A stretch of 64,000 nucleotides of DNA from Pelomyxa schiedti (GCA_020536535.1 JAHLWZ010000809.1:65068-129067), one strand, 5' to 3'; shown: positions 1 to 13,872, counted from the stretch's first letter. Made by a program: numbers and translations. The notes: a model not told the origin generated them from the sequence alone.

Positions 1-1117
1 ATGTGGGTTACAGCCGAGCCTCTGTCGCTGGAATCTATGGCGGATGCCGCTTGCCTGGCATGCTTCTGTGCAGATTCCATCTCGTCCATGTTGGCTTTGT
101 GGCTGAACTGGTATACTGGTGGAGAATTGTTCTGGAGTGACTGTGACTGGGACTGGGACTGCGATTGTGATTGTTGTGTTGTTGCTGATAAAGGTGGAAT
201 CGAGGCTGCCGAGTTGAGTGGTGGTGTGCTTTGTTGTTGCTGATTCCGTTGGCTGGTGGTAGGTTGCGGTGGGGTGGGAAAGGGGTCAAAGGGAGGGGAT
301 GCATGTGTGTCTTTGGGTGATTTGTTGGTAATGCTTTTGGCATGCTCTTCGCATACCTTCTGTTTTTGTTTTACCTGTTGTGCCTTGGTTACTTTGATTA
401 GTGGATGATGCATACCGACTCAGACAGTTCCCCAAATATCAACAGGACCTGGAAGAAGTCCTTGGCAGCCAAAAAATTTTGTGCCGTTTTGCTTGTGGGC
501 AGTGAAAACACCATAAAAGAAAGGCGGCAAATGCGGTACCTATCTGCTGTATTTGAGGCAAAATCGCGCTCTGCAATGTCATAAATCCTCGTAGCAAAAA
601 TTTCCACGTAAGGGCTGCCCATCCCCTCTTGGTCCAATAACCCAGCCAGGTTCTTCTTTTGCTATTCCATACAAAGTCACCCCACCTACACACCCCAACC
701 ACCAATATAAATAGTAACACCAGCGTGTCAAAGTGATATCCACCGCCACAACATAACACAACATTGGTGTAAAAAAAAAAAAAAAAAAAAAAACCCAATT
801 TTGGGACACAAGTAACATGAAACTTAGCAAACAAAACAAAACAAAACAAAACAAACACAACACCACACCGTCTCGACGTCGTCCATCCAAGTCAATAGCA
901 GGGCCTTCACGGCCTGGGGGCGGCCCCCCGTGCACGCCTTGGTGATTTCGATGGCGCGCTGCAGCACGTACACCATGCAGTAGTAAGACATCACGCGGTC
1001 GACCGCCGCCACGTCCCGCGCTACGCCGTACACCCCCGACACCTCCTTGATTACTTCCGGCACCTCCTCCGCCCCCACATTGCCACGGCCGCTACTCCCG
1101 GTCCCCGGTCCTGGCAT
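1..1117 (-). CDS. VTA1: Vta1-like ESCRT/Vps4 cofactor; 3' end runs off the window
   Basis: Spliced exons give MPGPG...DRVMSYYCMVYVLQRAIE...KALLLTWMDDVET / QKKNLAGLLDQEGMGSPYVEIFATRIYDIAE / KTAQNFLAAKDFFQVLLIFGELSE, matching the tandem MIT domains of Vta1. A Q/S/P-rich linker follows at 1-370. Confidence 0.8.
770..860. repeat. Poly-A plus (AAAAC)n microsatellite inside the first Vta1 intron
   Basis: Long A run at ~771-793 and repeated acaaa units at ~825-860. Confidence 0.8.
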
Positions 1118-1396
1118 CGCTCCAGTGGCTGATACCGCCGGTTGGCAAAAATCCCCGTTTGCACCTCGAACACGAGGGGGAAACGAACTGGGAAGGTTAA
1201 GAAAGCTATCTGGTTCCCACACTGCTGCCCACTCTGTGTTATCAGATTAGGAGGCAATTGTGGGGTACTTACAGATGTCCAGACCTGGCCACAATTTTTT
1301 GTTCAATACCACGATGGGAGACCAGGCAAGTTTATGCCCTCACAATGTGCATATACTGTTCAAAAAAGGCGGAAAAAAAAATAAAATTGACTTGTA

Positions 1397-3014
1397 TCAG
1401 AGCATGGTAAACATAGATATTTCTGTGGATTGGTCTGCAACAAACAAGAGGTTGGTTGAATCAGTTTCTAGCCAGTTTACTTTCAACCCACGGTCTAATT
1501 GAATAACTGGATTAGGGTTTCCTAAGTTTGAAATGAGTGTAAAAGAAAGGTACAAGTGCACATACCTGCTGTTTCAAGAAGTACTACTTTCCCATCATTT
1601 CCACCAGAAAAAATGTGTCGCTGTGCTGAAAACCTGGGGAAAACACTAGAAAGTAAGGTCAGTTTCCAGTGACTACTTATAAAAGCTTACACTTGGGAGC
1701 AGCTTGTACAGTGTGGCTCAAGCATTGTTTTCACTCTAAGGGAGGAGGGAACCATAAGAGCAACTTGTCCAGACCCCAAGGCAACAGCCAGAGTGGAGCT
1801 ATCAGCTGATATATCAAGTGAATGCACATGCGGAGGGTTTGCAATCTGACCAGTCTGTAAAGAACCTGCTCTGCATTAGAAGGTGCAGAGGAGAGAAACA
1901 GATACCAAATGAAAACTGACTCAGCGGACGAGCACGTCCCTGATCCCAGTAGAACAGCTGGCAATCCAATCCTCCTGATATAACTATACAGATTTAATTT
2001 TTTTATCTCAGATTCCAACTTGGAGGGTTTTACATTGGGTGGCATGTCCTGGAAGAAATTTGGCACAGGAACATAACTGAAACAGTTGGTTCAACTCCAC
2101 ACTTACATTTTTGGGAGCATACACTCGTGTGCTTTGAGAAAGTCCGGGATCTAGTCATTGTAGGTGCAGCACCGACATCGATTACAGTAACATCTCCACT
2201 GTCGTCTGCCAGAAGCATTTTTTTACCTCCCCCAACAGGGGCAGATGAGTGGTTGATTTCTTGTTTGCAAAATTGCTGAGATGAGGAAGCATGACTTTGG
2301 AGTAAAACGATTTCTGGCCGCCTAAGGTCAAAGCATGAGACCTTCCTGGCCAGTGAAAAAACGAAAAAAAAAAGGGGTCAGCCAACTTTTGTTCCATGAG
2401 TTGCATAAAGGAAGTGCTCTTGACCTTCAACAAAACATGTGCTCATAACCTTTTAACACACAGTCCATAAGGAATCCTGAAAAGAAGGAAAGAAAGCACA
2501 CAGGCTCATTTAGATCAAAGTGTGCAATACACCGAGAAGCTTTCATAGTATTAAGGTCCCACAAGCGCACAGAGCCATCCTTCAATTTTTGTTTTAAAAA
2601 GTAAAAAAAACTGGTCTCGCCGAAAAGTTCACACAACAAACGAAGCAACGGCGCAACACCACCAGGCACCCAAGTTGGAACCAACGTAACTTCGCTAGAC
2701 GAGGCCAACGCCCTGGGGTTGTTCACATCCAAAGCCACGTGCAACACAGAGTCCTTGTGGCCGCAGAGGCTACCAGAAGCAACGACCCCCGAAACAGACT
2801 TGTGGGAATGAGCCCCTTGCCTTGGGGGCTGGGACCGCTTGGACTGCGGCTGAGACCGAGACTGGGATGCTGGGGAAAGAATCTGCTGCGGTTGGGGCTC
2901 GGGCTGGGCGGCCGCAACTTGGCGCGTGTCGGACAAGTGTGTTGCGCTCTCGGCAACTGTTGTATTAGAAGGTGGTGCCGCGCCGCTGCCTTTCTTCTTC
3001 CTTTTTTTCCCCAT
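1397..3014 (-). CDS. WD40-repeat protein, WDR53-like
   Basis: GHKDSVLHVA...ALASSSEDGSVRLWDL, LLADDSGDVTVID...SKHTSVCS, SGGNDGKVVLL, and C-terminal KVNWLETDSTNLLFVADQSTEISMFTML* (stop at 1397-1399). Confidence 0.7.
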
Positions 3015-3382
3015 TGTTATTTGATCAAATTCTCCGAAAATTGCAGATGAAACGAGTGCTGCCAACTGTAGAGACTTCCTGAACTTTTACTGGTGCTTTA
3101 TTCTCACGCCACCCACTTGTTCTGGGGCTCTGGAAACGTCTGTGTCCAATCATAACTCCATCTGAGACACTCCAGTTTGCGTATCTGGCCGCAGTTGCAA
3201 GACTTTAATTAAACCTCTAATCACAATACAAAAAAACACAGAACGAGGACCCCCTTGTGTGTCACCGTGGCCCTGCCCAGTCCCCTACAGCCCCACAACC
3301 AACAACACAACATCACGTTCCCACAATCCCAAACAAGCGCTTCCACAGCAGCTCCCCAGAGTGCACCACACCCATAACTGCG

Positions 3383-6300
3383 ATGCAGCCTCCCGAAGAT
3401 ATGCAGGTCCTCGTGCATAGGCTCATGGCGGACGACAACGCTGTGCGAAACGCAGCCGAGGACACGTTCACGCAGAACAAGCACACAGACCCCGACGGGA
3501 TCGTCGAGGCTCTGATTGGCACTTTCGACAGGGCACCAAGTTCGCCTCACGTATGGGTCTGTTAAGGGGCGCCTATCGGTTGCGTGTGTGCTGTAACTTT
3601 CTGATTATGGGGTTTTTTTTTCTTTTCGTTGGGGTTGAAGATTTCTTCACATGTGTCGGGTATAAATAGCCGGGGGACAATCTTTTTGAGTGTACTTTTG
3701 TAGATTAGACAATTCATCATGACACAACTTAGACGCCTACTCATATCAAAGGATCCTCCAAATTGGACCTCCTTGAAAGACGATTCCAAAAAACTTATTA
3801 AGGTACCTTCTTCCTTTGTTTTGGTTGGCATCCATCCTCATACCTCATGAAGGTTAAATTACTATCTTATGTTTCATTCGAGAAAGAACGACCAGTTCTA
3901 AGATTAATCTGTGAGGTCATTGTTAACATCAACTTCTGGAAAGGTGCTGGGTGGGGTAAAACCTCAAAGTGGCCACTCACTTACTTTCAGAGCCATGGCA
4001 GGAGGTACTGCCAACTCTGTTCAGTTGCGCTACCTCTGAAGTAAGTCTCGGAAATCCTCCATCCAAATCTCACCAGGCAATCCAGGACTCAATGTGTCGA
4101 TTTGCATCATTTGTACTCTTTGGGGATTTAGCAATGATACTGGAACCTGGTCAATTCCGACCCTATTTCGATTTGATTAGAGATATTCTCCAAAAAGGCC
4201 TTGGGGACCCTAACATTCAGGTTCGTGCCACATAACCCTGCCTTCTGACTCAAAATCAAAAAAGTGCAAAACGTCAGCACTAAACGCAACAGCGTCTTTT
4301 TTGCAAGTACTGAGAGAACCAAGAGAAACGGAAAATTTTCGAATGCTTTTGCCCTTGATGCTACAGGTAGTTAAGAAGCCGACAAGTTGGTCTTATTTTC
4401 AAAAAGTGCACTGCATTTGCCCTTCAAAGTAACATGGAAGATGAAGCTAAAAAATCACTGGAAGTGTTTGTGGAACTTGCGGGTCACGCACCATTCTTTT
4501 TTACTCCGAATATCTCTTCAGTGATTGAATCCATGCTGGCAATTGCAATCACTGACAGTTACCCTGACTGTGTGCATCTCTAATTCGAATTCTTATCCAA
4601 AACTCAAAAGCTCTTATTGTGTAGCATGCAGGCATACTGCAATGGAAGTTCTGATATCTTTAATAGAAGAAAAACCTGGACTGATGAGGTGACCCAAATT
4701 CTATTCTTCGAAGTCCAACCACCACTAGGAAGCAGCCAAATTTCATTACCTCGTTGCTCTCCTTATTGATGCGATGGTTAGTTTCAGTTGAAGATGACGC
4801 CGAGTGGTACCAATTTGACGATGACAACACTGGCACCTATAGTGAGGTTGCCGAACAAGCACTTGATAGGATTTCGTGTGCATTAGGTAGCAAGTCTCCC
4901 ATTCCCGATTTTTAACCGTGTATCAGGGGGAAAACATGTCGTTCCTATACTATTCCCAGAGATTCAGGCCTTTGTATCCAATAACACTGATTGGAAACAC
5001 CGTTTCGCGTCTGTTTTGGCATTATCTACTTGTGCTGAGGGGTGCCAATATGTTTTAAAAAATCACATCCCAGAAGTTCTTAAGTAAAATCGTTCATCTT
5101 CGATATCGCTAAACAGTTTCCTTAGGTTCATTCTTGGACTTTTACCGGATCCTCATCCCCGTGTCAGATGGATGTGTCTAAATTGTATAGGACAATTCTG
5201 TAGTGATCTTGGAGTGAGTATATCCAACTTTGAACTTGTTAAATAAAACCCTTTAGCCCGGATTTCAAAAACATCATTCTAGTGAGATTTTTACATCCAC
5301 GCTTCCAACAAGCTCAGATACTTGTACCCGGTATATCTTGATCTTGCTTCCTATATTTTAATTCTTGTGTAGGGTGCAAGCTGCACTGGCTGATATGATT
5401 GCTGGATATTGTGAAACGATTGAAAAACAAACACTGGTGCCGCACCTCTCCGCTGTACTGCATCATCTCTTAATTATGCTACAACCCCAGATGAAGTACT
5501 TTTTTATTTTCCATTAATCCTGACTGATGACACTTCTTTAGTAATGTGAAACTCCTTGAAAGTGTTATCGGTAGCATCTCTGCAATTGTTGAACTTGTTA
5601 TGAATGCCTTCGAACCTGTACTTCCTTTACTTGTTTTTGTCTTAATGCTAATACTCTCCAACAGTACTATGATACCTTTGCTCCTATTCTCAAAAAGTAA
5701 TCTGCTGCTTTGAAATTTGTATCCACTCATATTTTCCTCAGTTTGATGAAAAGTGCTAAAGCAAAAGAATACAGAACCATCCGTGGTCGGGCAATTGAGT
5801 GCTTGAGCCTCATGGGTGAGTTGTTATGCGATGGGCGTTTCCCCCACTTAAATTACAGCCTAGGTGTTGCTGTTGGAAAGGAGCGATTCTTTAAGGATGC
5901 CGGAGAAGTTATGCAGGAGATTCTCCACACTCCAGTTAGTTTTCTTCAATCTTGACTGCTGGCTTGACAATAAACAGGCGATTGAAGCTGACGACCCCCA
6001 AATGAACTACTTTGAAGCAGCTTTTGCCAGAATAGCCGAGTGCCTTCAACAAGAGTTCTCACAGTACTTGGATTTAGTAATGCCTTCCTCACTCAAGAGG
6101 GCATCTGTTACTGCTAATGTGCAAGTTTTCGATGGTAGGTTACGAAAACCCACTTCTCAACTTATCCACTCCTAGAAAAAAGATCAATGCAAGGTTGGGA
6201 AATGTACCGCGTTGGAGAAAAGTCCATTGGGATCCACACTTCAGTTTTGGAAGAAAAAGCGGAGGCCATACACATTCTCTTAGTGTACGCCACACAGCTC

Positions 6301-8015
6301 AGACACGCATTTTTGCCGTATGTTCAAGCAGTTACTGACATAGTTTTGACTGCCATGGATTTCATTTATCATGAAGGTAAGAAGTAATGTTTAAATGAAA
6401 TAACGAACAAGAAAAAGGTGTTCGCATTGAGGCATGCACTGCTGCTCCAGTCTTAATTGATTGTGTGCGTGCTTATTTAGAGCAACAAACAAACCCAGAT
6501 CCAACGCCGCTTAATGTACTATTTTCCGCCATGGTCAGTGCACTTATAAATGCATTGGCAAACGAACCAGATCGCGAGGTTATGCTGTGCCAACTTAAAT
6601 GCCTAGACCAGGTTTCGTGGTTGAATGGGCTCTCCCATAGATTGAAATATTCCAGGCTATTGGAGATATGAGACAACGCTGTTTAACAGCGGAGCAAGTA
6701 CAAAATATCCTTATTCTAGCAGCTGCTGTGCTCGATGATTGGAAAGAACGAAATGAAGATCGCCTAGGTAAGGTGAGATGATGACTTTTTGTCTTACTAA
6801 GAAGAAAAGCTACCAAGAAAGACGAAGGTCATACTGAGGAAGATGACGAGAAACTCACTGAGGAAGATGCACTAGATAGGAAAATTGCCAGGATGGTCTC
6901 TATTAACCATGAAATTTCTTTTCTCACAAGCTCAAGATGGTGGAAGTTATGAGGAAAGTCGTAGAGCATCACTCAGATGTTTACATGGCACCATTCAAAT
7001 CAGAACTTGTACCAATAGCAGTTCAACTTTTGGTATAGGACCTTCATATGTGCTCAGTCTTTCAGTAACCATAATAATTAAGGCAGATAATAGACAAGCG
7101 TTTGAATTGCAAAGAGCAATATGTATATTCGATGATGTGATTGAATTCTATTGGTGTGCAGTACTTTTCTTGGAGATACTTTCTCATGACGGATATAGCC
7201 CTGGAGCAATTGAATTCTTCCCCACAATTGTTCCGTTTCTTGTGAAATATTCCGGGCACAAAGATTACGCTCTCAGACAAGCATGCGTTTTTGGACTTGG
7301 TAAGATACATTGCTGTCACATTCACTCGATTTAACAGAAATGTCTTCCCAGGAGCTTGTGGTCTTTATGCAGGAGAGGCTTTTGCCCCCTACATTGCAGG
7401 TCTATTTATCTCGATTTTGGTTCCTTTATAATCACGTTCCCAGATTCCCTCCGGGTACTGGACTGGGTTATACAACAACCGGGTTCCCGTATTGGTGATG
7501 ATCTGTTACCAACGGAAAATGCAATTTCTGCGGTACTTAAAATAATAGTGGGGCAAGGTCAGATACAGTTTTTGTTTTTCGTTTTTGCTCACTATTTGGT
7601 GGTAGAAACGAGAATCAACGTGGCAGAAATGCTACCAAAGTGGCTGTCATACCTTCCCATTGTTGAGGACGACATTGAAGGCCCTTATTGCTATGACCAC
7701 CTATGTGGGTTCATTGAAAGGTAAAAGCTCCCTTTCTTTATCTCTGTTCCAAAACCCCACACACCACACAGGGGTAATACCTACATCCTTGGGAATCAGT
7801 ACCAGAACATCCCCCACATAATTAAAGTCTTTGCCCAAGCAGTCAACACAGAAGCCGTGACACCCATTATCACAGCCAGGATGTCATCCATAATCACCAA
7901 CCTACAATCACGGTTACCACCTGCTACTATCCAGTCTGTGTGGTTATCACTCACACCACAGGAACAGTCCAATCTGCAGTTCCTGCATTCACCACCTCCA
8001 CACCAATCCTCTTGA
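3383..8015 (+). CDS. IPO5: Importin-5 / karyopherin beta-3 family HEAT-repeat protein (many introns)
   Basis: N-terminal LMADDNAVRNAAEDTF; LPDPHPRVRWMCLNCIGQFCSD; YRTIRGRAIECLSLMG; EADDPQMNYFEAAFARIAECL; GIHTSVLEEKAEA; TENAISAVLKI; WLSYLPIVEDDIEG; stop TGA at 8013-8015. Confidence 0.92.
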
Positions 8016-8305
8016 TCATAAATAGGCCCAAATATAATAACTTTAACAGTTTTGCAAATTTTACCTTTTACGGGAAGAACGTATGCAAAGCGACAGCGGA
8101 CAGTAGACCCGGCATCAACCAGACGGCACAAGACAACAAACAAATGCGGCAAAGAAAAGAAAAAGCAACCGCAACATAGAGAGAACCCGTGGAAAGCAAA
8201 CCAGAAGCATCAGTGACAACAACACTGCCCACTTCGAGGAAGTTTGAGCGAAAGGGTGCCACTTCAACGACTACGATACTGGTGTCAGACTGTGACTGGG
8301 CACAC

Positions 8306-9481
8306 ATGCCAAAACATATTTTCGACGAGGTTTTTTACTTTCTTTCTTTCTTCTTCGGCGGAGCTTCTTCTGTTTATCATTGACATGCAAAAATTTGAAT
8401 AAAATGGCTCTTTCCTTGAGAATGTCTCTTGACGATATAATTCAGGGTAGGTAGGTGGGGGGGGGGATGGAGGGGATACCTCTCCTCCCCGAGCTCCTCC
8501 TCTCCCCAGACTCCTCCACTCCACACCTCTCCAGTGATAAGCTTGATCGAAAGTGGACTCCCGTTACAGCTTGGAGGATACAGTTCTTTCCTTCTTATCG
8601 TGAACTCTATTGATACTCGAAAAAGGCGGGAACCCACTGAAATGCAGGCAACCTGAGTATAAGTCCCAAATCTTGCAGGTAATCAATCAGTGAGCACGGT
8701 CCGGAAGATTCCATTTGACACATGCGGCTATTCTTGTTTTTAAGACCAATCATCCGGATTTTCTCCCTTTCCTTATTGAAGCAGACAGACCAATAGTCTG
8801 GATACCCCCGAAAGCTTTATTGTACCATTGTTCTTGCAGTGCTGGTGAGAGTGCATATCATCTTCTAACTGAAACTGCCTCAGTGGACTTGAGAAACTTG
8901 TGGAATAATTGTGGATCCACCGCAACACAGCGCATCTTTCAAAGCTTTTGCAACTGTAGGTTCTGATTGGGCATTACCATCTCCTCAGTGGTGACCAAGT
9001 GGTCCAGCAAAACCCCTTTAACAGTTTTTCCCACGGGAGAACAATTTTCGCTTTTCTGTTGGAGTACTGGGGCCGCCCGCCGGAAAGTTATGACCTCACT
9101 TTCAGTTCCATTGGTTGCACAATTCAAGTCTTGGGTTATGTTCAATGACAATGCATCTGGGCCTATTCACTCTTGGATAAGGTCGGCGCTCACATTTCAG
9201 ATTTACTCCGAGGAAGTTGGTGCCCAACAAAGAAATGTGATGCTATATTAGGGAGCAGGTTCGTTTACTGATAAACAGTGCCCAGCAGCTGTTAACACAT
9301 GTTCATGGTTCAAATCCTTCTTTCTCCGAATATTGAAATAGAAACTAGCTAGAACAAAACTACTCTTTCCTTTGAATCTCGGAGTCACTGGGTACTAGCA
9401 CATCATCAATCCACCAATACCTTTTTTCCAAATGTTCACCGCCTCACATTCCCTAAAACGGGGCACAAAAGCTATGAATAA
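8306..9481 (+). CDS. Hypothetical spliced protein, possible F-box-like N-terminus; model uncertain
   Basis: DWAHMPKHIFDEV resembles an F-box start. Phase-compatible exons include ...SGPIHSWIR|EQVRLLINSAQQLLTH and a last exon ending ...FPKTGHKSYE* at 9481, convergent with the RasGEF stop. Confidence 0.3.
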
Positions 9482-9583
9482 TTTGTTGTTCAGGAATATA
9501 TGTTTTAGCATTTTGTAGTCAAATAAAATCACAAATACAGTGGGGTGGAAGTTGCTGGTGATGCAGTGAAAATGATTGAGGAA

Positions 9584-12500
9584 TTAGGAGCCTCTGGGTT
9601 CAATTTTGAGTGAGGCTTGGTAGACGTCTGGTTGTGGCATTTGTGCTTCGGCGGAATTGATCAGATTCTACAAGTGGTTAGGTAGAAGCTATGTATATTG
9701 GGTGCAGTTACTTGAATGACTGGAACAGGGGTGAGATTGAATGGGACTTGTTGCCATCTTTTGAGCTGTTCAAGGATTCTGCCAATGATTTTCATTTTGG
9801 CCCAATTGATGAGTTGCGGGTTGTCTGGAATTCGATCGGGATTCCCATCTTCAGCAAAGGTGAGGTCCTGTTGTTGATTACTTGGGTTCTATGTAGAAAC
9901 GAATAAATGGGATAGTAGAAACGAACCGATAGAATCATTCCCATGAAAGGTACAAGTGGTGGAGTGGCTGCCGACAGCAATTCTCTGAGAATTTTAAAAT
10001 TGAACTCAAGGACAGCATCAAACGATCTGAGCTTTGTTTCAAGCTCTTCCTTTTATTGATTGTTGGAGTTAGAAGAGTGCTGGGAGTGTAAATGACCACA
10101 CCGTCCACGTTTTCCTTAGACGACTGCAGGGGGAGTCAAAGTAAGAAATTTATTTTACTGGGGAAGAATTTTACCGCACAGCGGAACTGTTCATTGCTGC
10201 AACGATTTGGCAAAAAGAACCAAAGTTATTTAACTCTTTACAGTACTGCCAGTCTTCAGAAAAGAAAAGAAGGGTGGGGAATGAACCTCAGCGACTTTAA
10301 GGAATTTTTTTAGTATTTTCTGTCTATCTTTAACCTTCTCTGATGCAACAATCAACCATGAAAGCCAGTTTGAAAACTTTGTCATCTCTTAGCCACGATT
10401 AGGGTGCGGGAAGAAGTGGACCTGATTAAAAAACTGGGTACTTCTGACCACATTGGGTGAAGTTTTACTAGCATCAGGCTTGCACCACCCTAGTCCAAGT
10501 AATCTATTGTAGTTATTGTCGCGCCACCTAATTGCAAGCATACTCTTCTGGTTTCAGATTTCGAAAATCTAAACTGTCTTTAGTTGAAGAAGGGGAGCTT
10601 CAGGAGTAATTATACTTGAGTATTCTAGGAGAGTTAATTGGCGTGCCAATTCAAGAGACCGCACTCCCATAAGGCTTGTTAACGCCTCACCTTGTTTGTG
10701 CAGGGGTTTTGGGGGTGTGGGTTGTGTCTGAGGAATTTCGTAGGAAAAAAGCTTCAGAAGGGAGTTAGAAATGTACAAAAAAAAAGGTGGGAGATACAGT
10801 AGTTGCCAGAGCACCTTTCAAACATTTCGCTGATTGAAGAACGTGGTCTGATTTGGTAGTGTACATGTGGGTTATGAAGTCATTGAGGCAGTCCAGGAGC
10901 TTTTTTTTTTGAGGGAAAAAGGGTGTCATTATATTGTTTGGTAAAAGGAAACCAACTAATGGATCAACATGGAAGGCATCGAAATGAAAGTCAACCCATT
11001 CTCGGACAATTCTAATCACTCTTCACAACAAAGTGAGACAAGAAAAAAAGGATTGAGGTGGTAGAACTCTATTTGTATGGCCTCGAAGACGGGAGCAGGA
11101 ATATTGTTGGATGCATCAAATCTTTTATGGAGTAGTTTGAGAAGTTCCATTGGGGTGGTGAATCCATTCATTGTTAGGAGCAATGAACGTATATCTATCA
11201 AATCTGGGAAGGAAGATGAAATAGGGAGGCCACTAGGTGAGAACCAACCGGAGTGAATTGCTGTCACTTTTTCTATCAATTTTACTATTGTGCAACCCCA
11301 GAGGATTGTTGACTTGGATGCATCTAAAGCATATCTCACATTATCCTCCCTATCAGGTTCACCAAAGAAGAAGTCGATAGTTTCACCAGTGCGCGCGGAA
11401 AGTGCTTTCTGGTCCATGGGCTCCCCTAATGTGATGGTTCTCCTACGGAAAAGGTGTTCCGCAGCACTGGATGTCCCTTCTGAGAACGATTGAGTGTGGC
11501 CATGTGGGACCACTTTGCCTGTGGATCTCTGAGAAGGAAGGAGAAGCGTATGTGGTGCTGTAGTCCCTTCAGATACGAGCTGCTTTGGAGGGGCAGCTGT
11601 GGGAGGTGGTGGTGAAGGTGATGCTGTTGTGTGAGAAATCAATTGGGGCATTGACACACCTCGTTGTGGAGCGGGTGGGGGCGGTGCAGTTGGAAGGGGT
11701 AATGGGGGAAGATTTGCAGGTAAGCTGCAAGGAGATGGAGCCAATATTATTGGAGTAATCGATGAAGAAAGTGGAGAGACAGTTGCGGGCATAGGTGGCG
11801 TTGCAGGATTATTTAGTGTTGGTGTAGTCTTCACAAATTGTGGCGGGAGGGGAGGAGCAGAGGAACTTGGTAGAGGTGGTGCGGTGGGAGGAAGCGGAAT
11901 GTTATGCGGAGTAGGCCCCTGTACCTGCTGAGTAGGCGGGGGTGGGGCCTGTTGAGTGGGCGGGGGTGGAGCTTGTGAGAGTGGTAGTGGTGGTGGGTGA
12001 GGTATAAGCAGGGTCTGTGAGACGGGTGGAGGTGGCGGAGCTTGCGTACTTGGGGCTGGCAGCGCATGAGGGGGAAGCTTCAATAAAGGATTCGGACATG
12101 ACCCAGTTGATTTTCCCAAAGGAGGGCCCAGTGGAGGTGAGGGTGTAAGTATTTTTGCAGTGGAGATGGTTGCTGCAGTCGAGGAAATAGTGGACCGATT
12201 GGATGCTGGAGATGTGCTTGTGGCATTACTGGAATCTGGTACGTGACTCCCTCCCAGTGGTGAAGTACTAGAACCATCTACGATTGTTGTGTAGTTAATA
12301 TTGAGTTAGTTGGAACTATTTTGTGTTGGTGCGATGAAAAGTTTTTCCTCTAACTGCTCTCTGCACACCACGTGGAACGCTCCGTGGGCAATCGTGTGTG
12401 AGTGCTTGTTCTTTGCATTTTTTGTGTGTTGTGTATAAGCAATGTGTACAACGCATGCCTTGGTTTACAATTCCCCATAAAAGTCCTCTGTTAGGTTGAC

Positions 12501-13595
12501 AAAGGTGTTAGTTGTCGAATTAAAGGCACTACACAAACCCGCATATTTTACAATAAGTGGGGGAATGGAAGGTGGCTGTCTCAAATTCATGTGTATGCTG
12601 ACATAGAGTCTTTTGATTTTTTTATTGTAAGAAATTATCCAAGAATGATAAGGTACAAACGGCAGGGGCAGCCTTTGACTGTGGTGGAATTGCTGTTCCA
12701 CCTGTAATGCATCAAGGAAGAACTTTCAATGTAGAAGGAAGTACATGGGTGGCACATTGCTAATGGTTTACATTTCTTGTGTGTGATAAGCTGGCATCCT
12801 TTTTAATGTGAATACCTGACTGTAAAAAAAGTTTTATACCATTGCATTTCAGTCCTTGGTTTGAAACCCCCCAAATCATGTTCCTTTTAGTGTTAAGGGG
12901 TATCAAGAAAAGAAAAAAAATTGTTCACATACTCACACATTTGGCAGAAAGTGGGGGAGTAAAAAGTTGTGATAGCAAAGTCATGCTGTTGTGCTTTGGG
13001 CACACTTGTTACGCACTCTACTTCCTGGAATCGTTTGGAAAAGGGTCGATTTACAGTGAAGCAGAAAATTTACAATATCGGCATCAGCATCGAGTGCATG
13101 TGAAGCCGTAGTTGGAGTGGAGACCCCACCTAGTTCAGAGGGTGTGGTTCTAGTGAATGATGAAGCTAAAGTGTGTTACAAAACCAATAATATGCCCTAA
13201 CAACATACTTGAGGATTTGTGTGCACAGACAATTTCGTTAGCCTTTTCTTGACATATTTTGTGAAGTGTAATATTGCACACTAGTTCCTATAAATTTGAA
13301 AGGAAGCAAACTCCATGGAATACCTGAGCACCGAAAACCCACTTCACAAACAGTACTTTTGCAAACACTGTCCAAGAAAAGAAATGAAAAAGAACAAAAA
13401 TGAAAAAAGAACGGTCAGAAAGAACTAAGAGCTTGGGGAAAAAGGAACGAGGTGAGGAAAAAAGTCAGAAAATGCAGACGAAACGAGAAAAGTGACAAGG
13501 AAACACAAAGCACGTTAAATGACACACTCGCAGGCGGCGTATTGGCCCGGCAACGGTCTAACTTCGAACAGTCGATGAGCCCCACCGTGGGACAT
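9584..13595 (-). CDS. RasGEF with three N-terminal C1 domains, Pro-rich linker, REM and CDC25 domains
   Basis: C1 motifs HRLFEV...ACE.CKSTVCEVGFRC..CNITLHKICQ; HDFAITTFYSPTFCQMC..MIWGVSNQGLKC..CQLITHKKC; HEFETATFHSPTYCKICGGLLWGIVNQGMRCTHCLYTTHKKC. REM: ILWGCTIVKLIEKVT, LLLTMNGFTTPMELLKLL. CDC25: ELARQLTLLEY, LVPFMGMIL, DLTFAEDGNPD, ending SLKIEPRGS*. Confidence 0.9.
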
Positions 13596-13872
13596 TTTTT
13601 TCGTTTTTGTTTTCGTTTTTGGCGAAAAGAATTCTCGGGACAAAGCCAGATGGGCAGTGGAGGAAACAGATGTCGAAAGGAATCTATCGAGAAATGAGGA
13701 GAGTCCAGACTACTTTCTCCCGTCCGACCCAGGCCCGCCTCCTGGGCTCTTTCTCCGAACTACCAAACAATTACAATTCAGGTAGCGTCAAGTTAATTGC
13801 AAATAATTTACAGAACGCGGTGTACAAACGTACCCTCTGCCCAGTGACACACCACCAATTCGTCATCCCATA

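Noticed and set aside
8377-8637. Minus-strand ORF as a C-terminal extension of the RasGEF
   Set aside because: The RasGEF ends with the typical SLKIEPR motif and TAA at 9584-9586; this ORF is more likely antisense to a plus-strand gene.
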